Shown here piece by piece: positions 1 to 10,644 of a DNA stretch of 64,000 nucleotides (positions are counted from its first letter, which is position 1; every line of letters starts with the position of its first letter). The position numbers and the translations under genes were made by a program. Source of the stretch: Candidatus Bathyarchaeota archaeon (lineage in GTDB: Archaea > Thermoproteota > Bathyarchaeia > 40CM-2-53-6); the NCBI GenBank assembly GCA_963833125.1, contig CAWHWX010000016.1, forward strand, positions 384,001 to 448,000, written 5' to 3'. Under the pieces are notes generated by a model that saw only the letters and a program-made list of their open reading frames with translations, was not told the origin of the DNA and did not search any database.

Positions 1-1235
1 CTGGGAGGGTTAACGTCTGGGATGCCGTCGCGGCAGCCGCAGAAGGGCACGACAGCCGTCTCCCAACCAGATTCTACCTATACTCACCGGCTTCCTGGGA
101 TTCCGTTAAGAAACTCCTAGCCCAGTCATGGTCGGTGAATCTACAAACCCCCATTCCAGCAGCGAGTAGCGTCTCGGCAAACTGGTACGCTGGAATTGTA
201 CAGCCAGGTGCTTCAGTGAGCACGACTTTCGACATTCAGAACGCTGTCCAACCGTCCGCGCAAGCATATTCATACACCCTCATCTCCTCAACTACATCGC
301 GACACACGGCGAATTCTACGGTTACATGGGTCCAGATACCGAAGTCCTCAATTCCAACTAACGCGGACCTCATGAAAGTCACACTCGTATACCATTTCTC
401 AGATTTCGTGAACGCAACAAGTTACACCGCCAATAACTTGCTACTAGCGCAAATCTACGACACGAATTTCGATTCTGCAGGACATATTAGCAGAATCACT
501 AACGGCGCACCCTACAGCACGACCTCTGAACTCGTAGTTGGACGACCATTAACAAAGTTCCTCGGAGTGCCAGCGGTGAGAATCGTGAAACAAGGATCAG
601 CCTCCAACATAACGTTCGAATTAGTCTACCGATACTACACGCGGTCACCTTGGACCTGGATAACGCAGCTTTCAACCTCACAGAATTCTCTCACAGCAAC
701 ACTGACCGTTCCAGCGGGTACGAGCCCCGGTGTGTACGGTGGGTTTATCGGGGTATCCGATAACGGAACTGAAACCGTTATCCCAGTCTCCGTTGTAGTT
801 CCAATTGTCGTCGGAGGAACGTATGGCCACTCATCTCCTCCTGAGAACACGCCCTACGTTAATTTCGCGGTGTACGGAGCTTTCGATTGGTCGTGGCGTT
901 ATGAGGCGGGGGACTGGCGAACCTTCGCAATCATCGTTCCGCCGGGAACGAATGAGCTCAAGGTTCATTTGTCATGGTCTGACTCTCAGACTCTCATTCA
1001 AGAACATTTGACGGGACCCACGGGGTTTCTGGTAGCTTCTTCCGAATATCCTTCGAGCATTTACGTTAGTAGCGGAAAGTTCCGCTGGTATACCGACACT
1101 GGCGGGCCGGCACAGGAAATCGTGGCTTCAAGCATACAGCCAGGCATCTACTTTCTGGTATTACACAACGTACTTTTCGGCGGCTCATTTCCGAGCTATC
1201 CAGAAAACTACACCTTGAATGTTGAGATGGCTTAA
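1..1235 (+). CDS. S8 (subtilisin-like) serine peptidase, C-terminal part, 5'-truncated by window
   Basis: Frame from nt 3 reads GRVNVWDAVAAA, the typical end of an S8 catalytic domain, followed by beta-rich domains (GAFDWSWRYEAGDWR). Confidence 0.65.
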   Translation, partial: GRVNVWDAVAAAAEGHDSRLPTRFYLYSPASWDSVKKLLAQSWSVNLQTPIPAASSVSANWYAGIVQPGASVSTTFDIQNAVQPSAQAYSYTLISSTTSRHTANSTVTWVQIPKSSIPTNADLMKVTLVYHFSDFVNATSYTANNLLLAQIYDTNFDSAGHISRITNGAPYSTTSELVVGRPLTKFLGVPAVRIVKQGSASNITFELVYRYYTRSPWTWITQLSTSQNSLTATLTVPAGTSPGVYGGFIGVSDNGTETVIPVSVVVPIVVGGTYGHSSPPENTPYVNFAVYGAFDWSWRYEAGDWRTFAIIVPPGTNELKVHLSWSDSQTLIQEHLTGPTGFLVASSEYPSSIYVSSGKFRWYTDTGGPAQEIVASSIQPGIYFLVLHNVLFGGSFPSYPENYTLNVEMA

Positions 1236-3429
1236 GGTGAAACAGAAGACTCAAGTTCTCTTCATCGCTGTAGTCATTATTTTAATCCTCGTAGGAGAAG
1301 CAGTAGTCTACCTCCCGTCCCGCTCAACAACACGCAGCGTAGTCATCCAATCCTATCCATCAACCACCGCTTTGGTCCAGGCTCTCACAAACGGCCAGGT
1401 GGATATGGCACCCATCGATAACCCGTCACCAGACGCACTGTTGCAGCTGAAGAACAACCCCAACCTAAACGTCGTCCCAATAGGGAACTTCGGGTTCACA
1501 TACATTGGCATGAACCTACGAAACCCTCCACTCAACAACTCAGTCTTTCGGCAGGCCATGCTCTACGGTTTCGACCGGGAGCGTGTGCTAAATGATGTCC
1601 TTCATGGTTACGGGGAAACTCTAACTCCAGGGCTCTTCTCGTCAGCCTACGCGAACCTAGGTTGGCAGAACGGATCTATCGACTCATACCCGTACAACCC
1701 CGATAAAGCATCTCAATTGCTGGATAGTATCGGCTTCGTTCAATCGTCCGGTGGAGTAAGAATGGATCCTTCTACAGGCCAACAATTGCGCACTATGTTC
1801 ATCTTCAGCAAATTGACCGACACGCAGGCAGTTGCTGCTGCGAACCTATTCGCCCATGACATGCAAGCTATCGGCCTGCCAATCGTTAGCTTTCCAGAAA
1901 CTGACTTCGACTTCAACTCGCAAGTGAAAGTAACATATTATTTCGACATGTATATCGATACGCAATCGGCCGGACCCTCACCTACTTGGCTGTACGACCT
2001 CTTCGCCGGAGTAAACAACGTGTATCCCGTACCATACGCGACAAATCTGGTTGGTTATGACAACTCAACTTTTGACGAATATGCAAAGCAGTTAATGACC
2101 GCAACCGATTCTGGGTCAGCTCAAGCAGCCGCCGCAAGATGCCAGGAACAACTTAGCCTAAATGTGCCCGCCATTCCGGTTTACTCTAAGCAAATGCTCA
2201 TCGTCACACAGAAGAATTTTCCACAAATATCTCCCATCACGGGAAGCATACAGGACAGCATCGCTGCGACACTCACGAACATGACGGAGGGAAGTCTTGT
2301 TAGGATAGGTGAGGTGGCAGGGTTGACTGATCTAAACCCGGCAACGGTTCTGGCACCCGCAGACCTGCTGACGTTCAGGCTCATTACTGAACCATTGCTA
2401 ACGCATAATGCAGACGGTTCGCTGCAATCTGGATTGGTTGATCATTGGGAAATGAGCGACAACTCTACAACATTAACGATTGTCCTCCGTGAGGGGTTAA
2501 AGTTTCAAGACGGCAGCCCCATAACAGCCCATGACTTAGCGGCAACGCTCGGATGGATGACCAGAAATGTGGTTCCATCTACGCCACTCTATTCCACACT
2601 GAGTAAGATTAAGAGTATCAGTGAAGTGGACAGCCGAACAATCAGAATATCCCTACTTGATTCCAATCCTTTTGCCATAGACGCGGTCGCGAACGCATTT
2701 GCCCTACCAGCCACCCTACTGCCGACTACGAACGGGCCTCTTGCTTTGTTGCTGACTGGAGCGCTAGAGTCCTCAGGCCCGTTTACTTTAGTAAAATTCG
2801 TACAAGGGTCAGCGGTAGAGTTGAGTTACGGTCAACCCTCAAATTCAGGTGGCAGTCGTGCTGTCCTTTACGCTGTTCAAGGGCAAGAAATTTTCGGGTC
2901 GCGAATTGGCGGAAGCCAGGCTCAGGTTCGTTCTCAAGCACTCACCAACCAAGGCGAACCGCTAGATAATGCAACGTTCGCTGTACAAATCTACGATGCG
3001 AGTGGAGCCCCCGAGGCAATGATTCAAGGGTCATCTCTCGGGTTCGGATTCTACGGAGCCAATTTGAACTTCGATAATCAATCGCTTCCAATTGGAGAGC
3101 ACAGAGTTACCACGCAATTGTACGCACAGGTTCCGTCAGGGGCCGTTATTCAGTTCGGCGTGCAAAACCTGACAATCCTTCCCCCTCAATTTCTGTTACA
3201 AATCATAGTTTACGTAGTAGCTCTCATCGTGGTTGGAGTTGTGTTTTACAACGCCTCCTTCAGAAAGGCAAAGCCTCCGACTAGGAGACGGGCTGTTCAG
3301 CGCCGTGAAACCCGCGGTAGACGGTTGACATGGAAAGCACCACAGCGCCGTGGAGTACGCGTTGAGCAGTTGGGATGGAGAACACCACGCCGTAGAACAC
3401 GTGCTAGGATTTTGAGAAGGAAAAGATAG
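1219..3429 (+). CDS. ABC transporter substrate-binding protein family 5, circularly permuted, with N- and C-terminal TM helices
   Basis: FRQAMLYGFDRE and YNPDKASQLLD motifs precede LREGLKFQDGSPITAHDL and SSGPFTL; hydrophobic termini; Arg-rich tail. Confidence 0.8.
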   Translation: MLRWLKVKQKTQVLFIAVVIILILVGEAVVYLPSRSTTRSVVIQSYPSTTALVQALTNGQVDMAPIDNPSPDALLQLKNNPNLNVVPIGNFGFTYIGMNLRNPPLNNSVFRQAMLYGFDRERVLNDVLHGYGETLTPGLFSSAYANLGWQNGSIDSYPYNPDKASQLLDSIGFVQSSGGVRMDPSTGQQLRTMFIFSKLTDTQAVAAANLFAHDMQAIGLPIVSFPETDFDFNSQVKVTYYFDMYIDTQSAGPSPTWLYDLFAGVNNVYPVPYATNLVGYDNSTFDEYAKQLMTATDSGSAQAAAARCQEQLSLNVPAIPVYSKQMLIVTQKNFPQISPITGSIQDSIAATLTNMTEGSLVRIGEVAGLTDLNPATVLAPADLLTFRLITEPLLTHNADGSLQSGLVDHWEMSDNSTTLTIVLREGLKFQDGSPITAHDLAATLGWMTRNVVPSTPLYSTLSKIKSISEVDSRTIRISLLDSNPFAIDAVANAFALPATLLPTTNGPLALLLTGALESSGPFTLVKFVQGSAVELSYGQPSNSGGSRAVLYAVQGQEIFGSRIGGSQAQVRSQALTNQGEPLDNATFAVQIYDASGAPEAMIQGSSLGFGFYGANLNFDNQSLPIGEHRVTTQLYAQVPSGAVIQFGVQNLTILPPQFLLQIIVYVVALIVVGVVFYNASFRKAKPPTRRRAVQRRETRGRRLTWKAPQRRGVRVEQLGWRTPRRRTRARILRRKR

Positions 3430-5039
3430 TTCCTAAGGTGATGTGATGGGCTGCGATGAAGCCAGCATTCACCTCTAAAACATACATTGACTTTACATTT
3501 GGCATGACGACCGGGCAATCATCGGGTGGGCATGGCTTCAGATCAGGTTCAGTATAGACCACTTGTCTGGCTGAATTGAACCAGATTATGTCCAGCGGAA
3601 ATTTCATGTCAATCATCCAAAACATCCAGTAATCCTCGTGGTCGAAGACGAACAGCATTCCTTCGTTTCTGGGAAGTGAAGGCAATCCGGAGAGGCCACG
3701 CTCCTGGGCGGGGAGTGTAGTGGCGAGTTCAACCGTCAAATTTGTCCCCGCTATCACGATCTGAGCTGTAGAATTGCCTGCTGCGGGTTGTACCGTTGGA
3801 GCAGAATTAGCACCTCTGGTTACCGTAACTTCGTAGGAAGTCCCCGTTTGGCCTGATACCGTGATGGTCAGGTGGTGGCGGCTGTCAGTGAAGGTCTGGT
3901 CTAACTGCCAAACTGCGTTCGTCAAATCAGCAACGCCTGGATCACCATTAATTAGCTGGACCTTCCCAACCGTGAGGTTTTCGTTCACAAAGGTGATTAG
4001 AACACCGGAGCCGGGAAGGGCGGCGTCGAAACCGGTTTGTTTTCTGACTTCAACCAAATAATACTGACTTGAGTTTTGTGAATTGCCTATAGGTACTTTG
4101 ATGGCGTGAACATTATTCGTAGGGATCTCAACCGGGTCCACCAGTGTCGTGGATCCTCCAACTGGGGCCCTTTCAAGCTAGCGTGCCGCTAATGAAACCA
4201 AGTTGGATTTTTGCCCAGGCCGTCATATGAGCAGGAAGCGAACCAGGTGGATCGCCGTTCCAAGAGCCCTTATCCATAAGGTCCCATGGACCGAGGATCG
4301 TTTTGCCATTATTCGGACCATTCGTCGTATCGTAAAGATCTGGTACTCCCAGGTCATGAGCGAACTCGACGCACCAAACGCCGTTTGGGACATTTGGCTG
4401 CGCTTCCAGTTCGGAGACAATGCTGAATCTTGTTAGCATCTTCGATTTGGTTTCTATGGATTCGTCAAAGTAGGTTACTGACCAGATGTCGCTTTGCTTG
4501 AGGCTGGTTTCTTGACCAGAACCGGAGTGGATGAAGACGTAGTAGTCATAGTTACTGAAGTTAACGTCCTTCTCAGCTAACGGTACTGTGTCGTTTACAA
4601 TCTTCCACGATTGATTTGTTCCACTGCAATCAGGGTCGTTAATCCCTTTGCAATCTCTGCCGTAATATGATTCAGGGTGTGGCAGTGTATACCAACCGAA
4701 AACGTCGCCTTGAATCGTCAACTTTCCTAAGGAGATTTCATGATAATAGGCAGGGACGGTTCCAAACCATTCCTGCTTTATCCCATCGATACTCATGCTT
4801 GGCTTAACATCAGGGAAAGCCACAGCGATAACCAAGACCCGAATGATACCGAGAACGGGTGTGATTCGGGGAGCATAGCTAGCGGGTCCGACCTGCCCAA
4901 GGTATTCGGAAATGGAGGGCGCTTGACTTGCGACCGAGAGAGTTGGCCTAGTGGATTGGGTGAATTGCAATACTTGGAGGTTCGAGGCCAGTGCTAGAAG
5001 AACTAGGGCAACTGCCAATCGTCTGCCTATCGAGACCAA
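3404..5039 (-). CDS. M6 (immune inhibitor A-like) metalloprotease domain fused to DUF192 domain; frameshift near 4170
   Basis: VEFAHDLGVPDLYD, GPWDLMDKGSWNG, YYLVEVRKQTGFD; C-terminal QERGLSG...EGMLFVF...FWMIDMKFPLDIIW...YVLEVNAG. Confidence 0.8.
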
Positions 5040-5201
5040 AAGCCCACCGTCCGAAGTTAGATGCGGGTGTCAGAATTTTCATAAAGTGTTTAGACGCATA
5101 GGGAGATACACGGCTAATCGGATGAGCGATTTCTGATTGACAGAGTTGAAGCAACGCAAATGGTGATCGAGCCCAATCCGAATGGGCGGAATCAGCCACT
5201 C

Positions 5202-5384
5202 TCAACCTTGCTTACTCAGAAGTGCGAGCGTATGGTTTGTTCCCAACTCTTTGGCGATTCGTCTCAGATCAGGAATCGAGAGGCCATACCTGTTTTCCGG
5301 GTTGATACCGAAACTCGCCATGCCCGCCACATTTTCTTGGTTCGCCATTGACCTCAGGCGACTTAGTATTGTATCTCTATCCAT
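5202..5384 (-). pseudogene. Truncated DNA alkylation repair (AlkD-like) protein, N-terminal fragment
   Basis: ANQENVAGMASFGINPENRYGLSIPDLRRIAKELG resembles the AlkD-family N-terminus; no recognisable continuation. Confidence 0.6.
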
Positions 5385-5493
5385 TCGCGCATCACGATCG
5401 TTACTTAGCGATGATGGACTATCTTATGGAGGCTTCCGCATTTGGGGAATCCTGAAATCCTGGTTAGGCTTGCTGAGGGGTGGATTTGGTCTA

Positions 5494-6140
5494 GTGTCAG
5501 CAAAGGTCCAGTCGGACGGTTGGGAATTCTGGGTACATCAAGCTAGCTCAAGAGTAGGAGTAGTCTTGGTGCATGAAATATTCGGACATGACGAGTATAT
5601 TGAATCTGTAGCTTCGAAGTTGGCAGAGGAAGGAGTATCGGCCGCTGCTGTTGACCTCTACCGCGGTCAACATCCTTCCAGCCTTGAAGATGCGTTCAAG
5701 GTCCGGGCTTCCTTGAAAGAGGAACAAGTGGTCGACGCTCTCCGATCGGGCAGTCGAGTGCTCAAAGAGCGTCTTGGTGGAGAGGCCAAGGTCGGGTCGA
5801 TGGGTTTCTGCATGGGGGGAGGCTTTGCCCTTCTGGGAGCGTGCAAGCTGCCCCTAGCTTTCTGCGTTGACTATTACGGCATGCTCCAGCAAAGCGGACG
5901 ACGTTGAAGGAATTACGGGACCAATTCAGCTAATGCTAGCCTCGGAGGATGAACGAGTTACTCCATGGGCGTATCGAGAACTTCTTCCGGCCTTAACAAA
6001 ATACAAGAAACGCGTCGACCTCTATTTGTACCCTAATGCACGACATGCGTTTCACAATCCTGGATGGGAAGGGTATAACGCCGGAAGCGGCTAAAGACGC
6101 CTGGTCCAAGACCATTCACTTCCTTTCCACGTTCAAGTGA
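5494..6140 (+). CDS. Dienelactone hydrolase family protein; frameshifts near 5890 and 6085
   Basis: VHEIFG, GFCMGG nucleophile elbow, YPNARHAFHN. Confidence 0.85.
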
Positions 6141-6242
6141 ACCACCTATACAGTGATCAGACAACCCTTGAGCCCTCGCATGTCGCCCAGTATGCTTATC
6201 TGAACCATCAACCTTTTCGGTTCAAGCATTCGGTGATCGTAA

Positions 6243-6518
6243 TTGGCCAATGAGGTACACTGCGCACACATTCTGGTGAAATCTGAAAAGGACGCTCAGG
6301 CCGTGATTGAGAGGCTGGGTAAAGGCGAGAAATTTGCGAATGTCGCCGGCGAAGTCTCCCTCTGTCCATCACGAAAACGGGGCGGCGATCTCGGAACTTT
6401 TTCTAGAGGACGTATGGTTAAGGAGTTTGAACAGGCTGCCTTCACTCTCCAGAAAGGACAAACCTCAGGCATCGTGAAAACGCAATTCGGTTATCACGTA
6501 ATTCGACGGCTGGAATAA
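6243..6518 (+). CDS. Parvulin-type peptidyl-prolyl cis-trans isomerase
   Basis: CAHILVK, SLCPSRKRGGDLG, MVKEFE, TQFGYHVI. Confidence 0.95.
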   Translation: MANEVHCAHILVKSEKDAQAVIERLGKGEKFANVAGEVSLCPSRKRGGDLGTFSRGRMVKEFEQAAFTLQKGQTSGIVKTQFGYHVIRRLE

Positions 6519-6530
6519 TCAAATATACGT

Positions 6531-7013
6531 TCAACGATCGGGACGTGCGTCTTTCCACATGGCCTTTGACAGATAGTGCCAGGCCTGTGAATCTGCTCGC
6601 CTCTCGTCTCGAGCTATCTTGCGTAACCTGCCTTTAGTGACGGCATTCCTCGAATAGTAGATCATTAACCCCGTAAAATCGAGCCGTGAGCGGTTCTTTC
6701 CTACGGGTTCTATTTTGTAAAGGAATTCGGAATGGCGGTTGGGGCCGGATATGTGGACATTGGTCCAAGACAGTTGGGGCTTGTTGAGTCGAACTAGTTT
6801 CGTCTTGGTTATTGACTTCTTGTTTCTGCGAGTTGTTTCTGTTAGAAGGATCGTGTCTTTTGTAAGCTTCTGGATTCTTCGTTTGCCTGTCTCGTTCATG
6901 AGTTTAAAGTCGTAGGGCTTATAGTCCGTGCACCAATCGAAAGCCTCCTTCGCAGATATTTTGAAGGCCTGCTTGAAGCCATATTTCACAGAGTACACAT
7001 GCATTGCAATCAT
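6531..7013 (-). CDS. Hypothetical protein (possible SRPBCC/START-like fold)
   Basis: 160-aa ORF co-oriented with neighbours; fold guess from pattern only. Confidence 0.5.
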   Translation of the reverse strand: MIAMHVYSVKYGFKQAFKISAKEAFDWCTDYKPYDFKLMNETGKRRIQKLTKDTILLTETTRRNKKSITKTKLVRLNKPQLSWTNVHISGPNRHSEFLYKIEPVGKNRSRLDFTGLMIYYSRNAVTKGRLRKIARDERRADSQAWHYLSKAMWKDARPDR

Positions 7014-7024
7014 CTATTGTTGAA

Positions 7025-7596
7025 CTAAGCCTGAGCCATAACTATTTGCTGAACTATTTCCGGGATCTGATTCCACGAGTTAACGCGGGATATTCGAGGC
7101 ATTCGCGGAAACTCTTGCATTCCACGGCTGTGTATACAGTATTCCTTGTTTCCCGCACGATGAAAGTTGCGACATAAGTTCAGGGGAGTCGTCGATGAAA
7201 ATATTGTAATTCAGTATCGCTTTATCATTACTGCTGTTGGTTCTGACGAAAGAGCTGAATTGTATCCCTTGTTCCTTAAGCCAGGATTTAGCCGGAGCAA
7301 CCGTCTGAAGACTTCTGCCTGTAACAATGTCCACCTTACCAAATTCACTGAGCCGACCAACCTTTCTCGGTTAGCCTTTCTTCGGTTGGAGGAATAGTTG
7401 ACCATTCAAACCAAGCCGTGTCGAGTGTTTGGAAGAACTCCTCCTTGGTGATCTTCGCGATCTCCCACGCCTTCCAGCGAACGAAAGACGACACTTCAAA
7501 ATGTGTAGAGTGGCGCTGGTTGATCATTCTGCAGACCGGAAACATCGTATTAGCCAGAACTCCGTCTAAGTCAACTGCTATCGTGAACGTGAACAA
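7025..7596 (-). CDS. HAD-superfamily 5'(3')-deoxyribonucleotidase (NT5C-like); two frameshifts
   Basis: IAVDLDGVLA motif I, IFIDDSP motif IV, QPWN. Confidence 0.8.
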
Positions 7597-7614
7597 ACCC
7601 TCGTGTTGCGCTAC

Positions 7615-8109
7615 TCATGGCGGGTTCAGGAAACCTGCCGACTTCAGCCGCTCTATTGTCGAGCGAAGGTTTTCCGGAGAAATCGACAGCTCTGATGCGG
7701 CTTGCGATATGGAGATTGTGCCGTTATGCGCCGCAATGTAGTTTAGGACTTCTTGGTCGCCGGTCTGAGGCGGAATAGGATTAGCGGTTTCTGGGGTAGG
7801 TTGAGGGGTTTGCTGAGGGGTTCTGCAGTAAGGGCATACCTGTATCCCGTTGGGGATCCTGAGGCGGCACGAACTGCAAACCTGCTGTCGAGCCGCGTAT
7901 GGGTATTGAAAACTCATTCTTTGATATTGATCCCTTCTTCCGCTATCCAACAGGCTTTCCGCCCTGAATCGTATGTTTCGCTCCAGATTTCGTATAGACG
8001 CCATAAGGGGTTGGCGGGTTCTCGGGTACCCACAGTATTCGCATCGGTAACCTCTGCCGTCGTACTTGAGAGTGTAGCCGCATCGTGGACAGCGGGCAAT
8101 AGGTTGCAA
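7615..8109 (-). CDS. Zinc-ribbon plus winged-helix protein
   Basis: Four CxxC motifs; C-terminal ISISQAASELSIS...IERLKSAGFL wHTH pattern. Confidence 0.65.
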   Translation of the reverse strand: MQPIARCPRCGYTLKYDGRGYRCEYCGYPRTRQPLMASIRNLERNIRFRAESLLDSGRRDQYQRMSFQYPYAARQQVCSSCRLRIPNGIQVCPYCRTPQQTPQPTPETANPIPPQTGDQEVLNYIAAHNGTISISQAASELSISPENLRSTIERLKSAGFLNPP

Positions 8110-8283
8110 TCCTGTTTCCTCGAATTCAACGTCGATTGCGAATACTCGATATTACGCAACCAAGCCAAGTATAATCGTGACGTCCCTTTATCTCTCATGT
8201 ACGTGATCTTGCAAAATACGTTAGGATAACGGTTTCAGTAGTTTACGTGTTTTCTGATTCGGTTGTGAATAGTATGCATCGTT

Positions 8284-9697
8284 TCAAGGCATCGATTCCA
8301 TTCGCATTACTTCTTCCTGTGTCTTCAATAGGTATTGATCTGCCGTGAGGCCGTGACTCTTGGCAAGTTTACGAATAGCGTTTTCGACGCCGGTCCCGTG
8401 TTGAATTGCTTTCTTTCTACGCCAAACGATATCATCAGGTAAACCGTCCGCCTTGGCGACATTTCGCAACACCCATTTTCGCGTCGTATCATTGCCGGTA
8501 TGCACCTTGAATTCCGACGGAATCGTAAGAGAGAACCTGATGAGGTCAGGGTCGGCGAAAGGCGTGCGCAACTCTAATGGGAAAGGCGAGGTTGCCTGGT
8601 CATCTCTTTCGTAATTTACTTGGGGCGATTCGATAACGCTACGGTAAAGTTGCTTTGCAAGGGCTTGACGTCCTTTGGTGTCAAGAGTTCTCGCGTACTT
8701 GTAGTAGCCCCCGTAGAGTTCGTCGCTACCTTGCCCGCAGAGCATAATGCTGCAGCCGCGGCGAGCAGCAACCTTCGCCGCCCAATGCAAGGGAACCGCA
8801 ACGCTCACTTTCATCATGTTCGACTCCTCTATCAACCAAACCACACGGCGAACATACTCTTCAAGAGAATCCGAACTGAACGTTTCCACGGTTAGTGGTA
8901 ACCCAAGCCCCTCAGCAAACCTTTCGACTGTGGAAAGCTCTGAAGACCCAGACAAGCCCACACTTACTCCTTCGAGCTCAACTCCCTCTTTCAACGCTAT
9001 GGCGGCAGTGAGTGCACTGTCTAACCCGCCTGAGAAAGCCTACGCCGACCTTTCCTGCGTTGTGAGTAATCCTTCGAACGGATTTGGTTAGAAGGCGGGA
9101 TAGTTTCGCGGACGCTTGGCCAAGGGTCATCTTTCGCTCAATGGGGCGGTGGAAGCTGAACCAGACGCTTCTCGGTGATGCCCTTCTTTGTCAATGTGGA
9201 TACGGAGCCAGGGTGAATCGCTTGTGCGTTTTTCAAGCCGATCCTCCAGAGAGCTTTCCTCTCAGAAGCAAATGCTGTGAGATTATGGCGGTGTGCGTAG
9301 TATAGGGGTTTCAACCCGTTAATGTCCCTAAACGCGTGCAACAGGTTTCTTCGCGCGACTAGGCTAGCGAATCCACCGATCTCGTTCTCGATCTGCCGGA
9401 TAGCTTTGATGGGGGGAGAGCTCTCCGTTTGGCGAAGGACAAATCTGGCGTTTCCCGATTGGTACTTCGCTCGTACAATGAACCGTTGAATGCGACTATT
9501 GATTTCGGCGAATTGGCAATGTCCAGTTGGGTTTCGGGGTGTGTGGAACAACCTATTGCAATCGCGAATTCCTTCCCGCCGCCGATTGTCATTGCCTTGC
9601 ATTCGCTCCCCCGGTGCTTGAGCGCGCTTAGCATTGTCTCAACGAAAGGGTAAGGGTTGACGCTGTCATCAGTTGCAATGCCGACGATCGCACCCAA
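8284..9697 (-). CDS. asnB: Asparagine synthetase B-like protein; several frameshifts
   Basis: LKHRG, RDINGLKPLYY, AFASERKAL, AFSGGLDS, GQGSDELYGGY, LRTPFAD, RKKAIQHGTG. Confidence 0.8.
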
Positions 9698-9787
9698 AAT
9701 CAGCCGCTCACGATAATTACATCGTCAATTCACTCGTTTACATCGCAATTAAACGGTATGCAAATGGTTTTATGAGTAAATGCGAGG

Positions 9788-10504
9788 ATGCTTAGCAAGG
9801 TGCCCTTATTGCGAAATCGTTTCGCATTACTCATCGCGATCATATGTGCCGTGTCATTATGGACGACTGTCGGTAACGCAAACTACTTCGCTTCGGCTAG
9901 CCACCCCTTGCAGGTAATGACCACCACGGCAACCGTGGGCACCAGCTTCTCCACATCCCTAACGCAGTCCCAGCAACTCATCAACGGCCCCTTCACGGTA
10001 CTCTCTACGACAGGAACCAATCTACAATGCGAATTTTGGAGCTTCAACTTCACGGGCAATATGGGGCAATACGTTTCCGGGAATTTCACCTCAGATATTC
10101 CAGTCAGCTTCTACCTTGTCCAAAGCACAACCTATCAGAATTGGTCGAAACAAGGAACTTGCGGAAGCACTACTGATGCAATTGCAAGCCAACTGCTAAC
10201 CACGTCATACATCTTCAGCGCCGCTCTTCCCAGTTCAGGAACGTGGGTCATTGTGCTCGTCAATTCTTCTAACGCAAGAAATGCGGGAGGCTCCATCGTA
10301 GCCTATCTTTCCTCTGGTGGATCTACGATTACTGAACCTTTGCTCGCGACGATGACTACGACGGAAGCGTCCACGGCAGTATCGTCCGGAACCACAGTTC
10401 CGTCCTCAACGAATATACCAGGCTTTCCACCGGAGTCCCTACTAATCGGAGCCATAGTCGGACTGCTTGCACTGATGATATTTCGGCTCCGAAAACGAAA
10501 GTGA
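9788..10504 (+). CDS. Secreted/surface protein with IPGFP-TM-basic C-terminal anchor
   Basis: Signal peptide, Ser/Thr-rich linker, IPGFPPES + hydrophobic helix + RLRKRK. Confidence 0.7.
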   Translation: MLSKVPLLRNRFALLIAIICAVSLWTTVGNANYFASASHPLQVMTTTATVGTSFSTSLTQSQQLINGPFTVLSTTGTNLQCEFWSFNFTGNMGQYVSGNFTSDIPVSFYLVQSTTYQNWSKQGTCGSTTDAIASQLLTTSYIFSAALPSSGTWVIVLVNSSNARNAGGSIVAYLSSGGSTITEPLLATMTTTEASTAVSSGTTVPSSTNIPGFPPESLLIGAIVGLLALMIFRLRKRK

Positions 10505-10644
10505 TTACGGGATTCAATAGACGCAGAGCCCTAACCGGATAATCTCAACGGCTTTTGAGGCTGTTTCCCGGCTTTAATGCACGATCGGCTGGGAAGCCGA
10601 GTTTTATATTTGATGCAACTGCTAGATCCTTCACGGTTTTGCTT

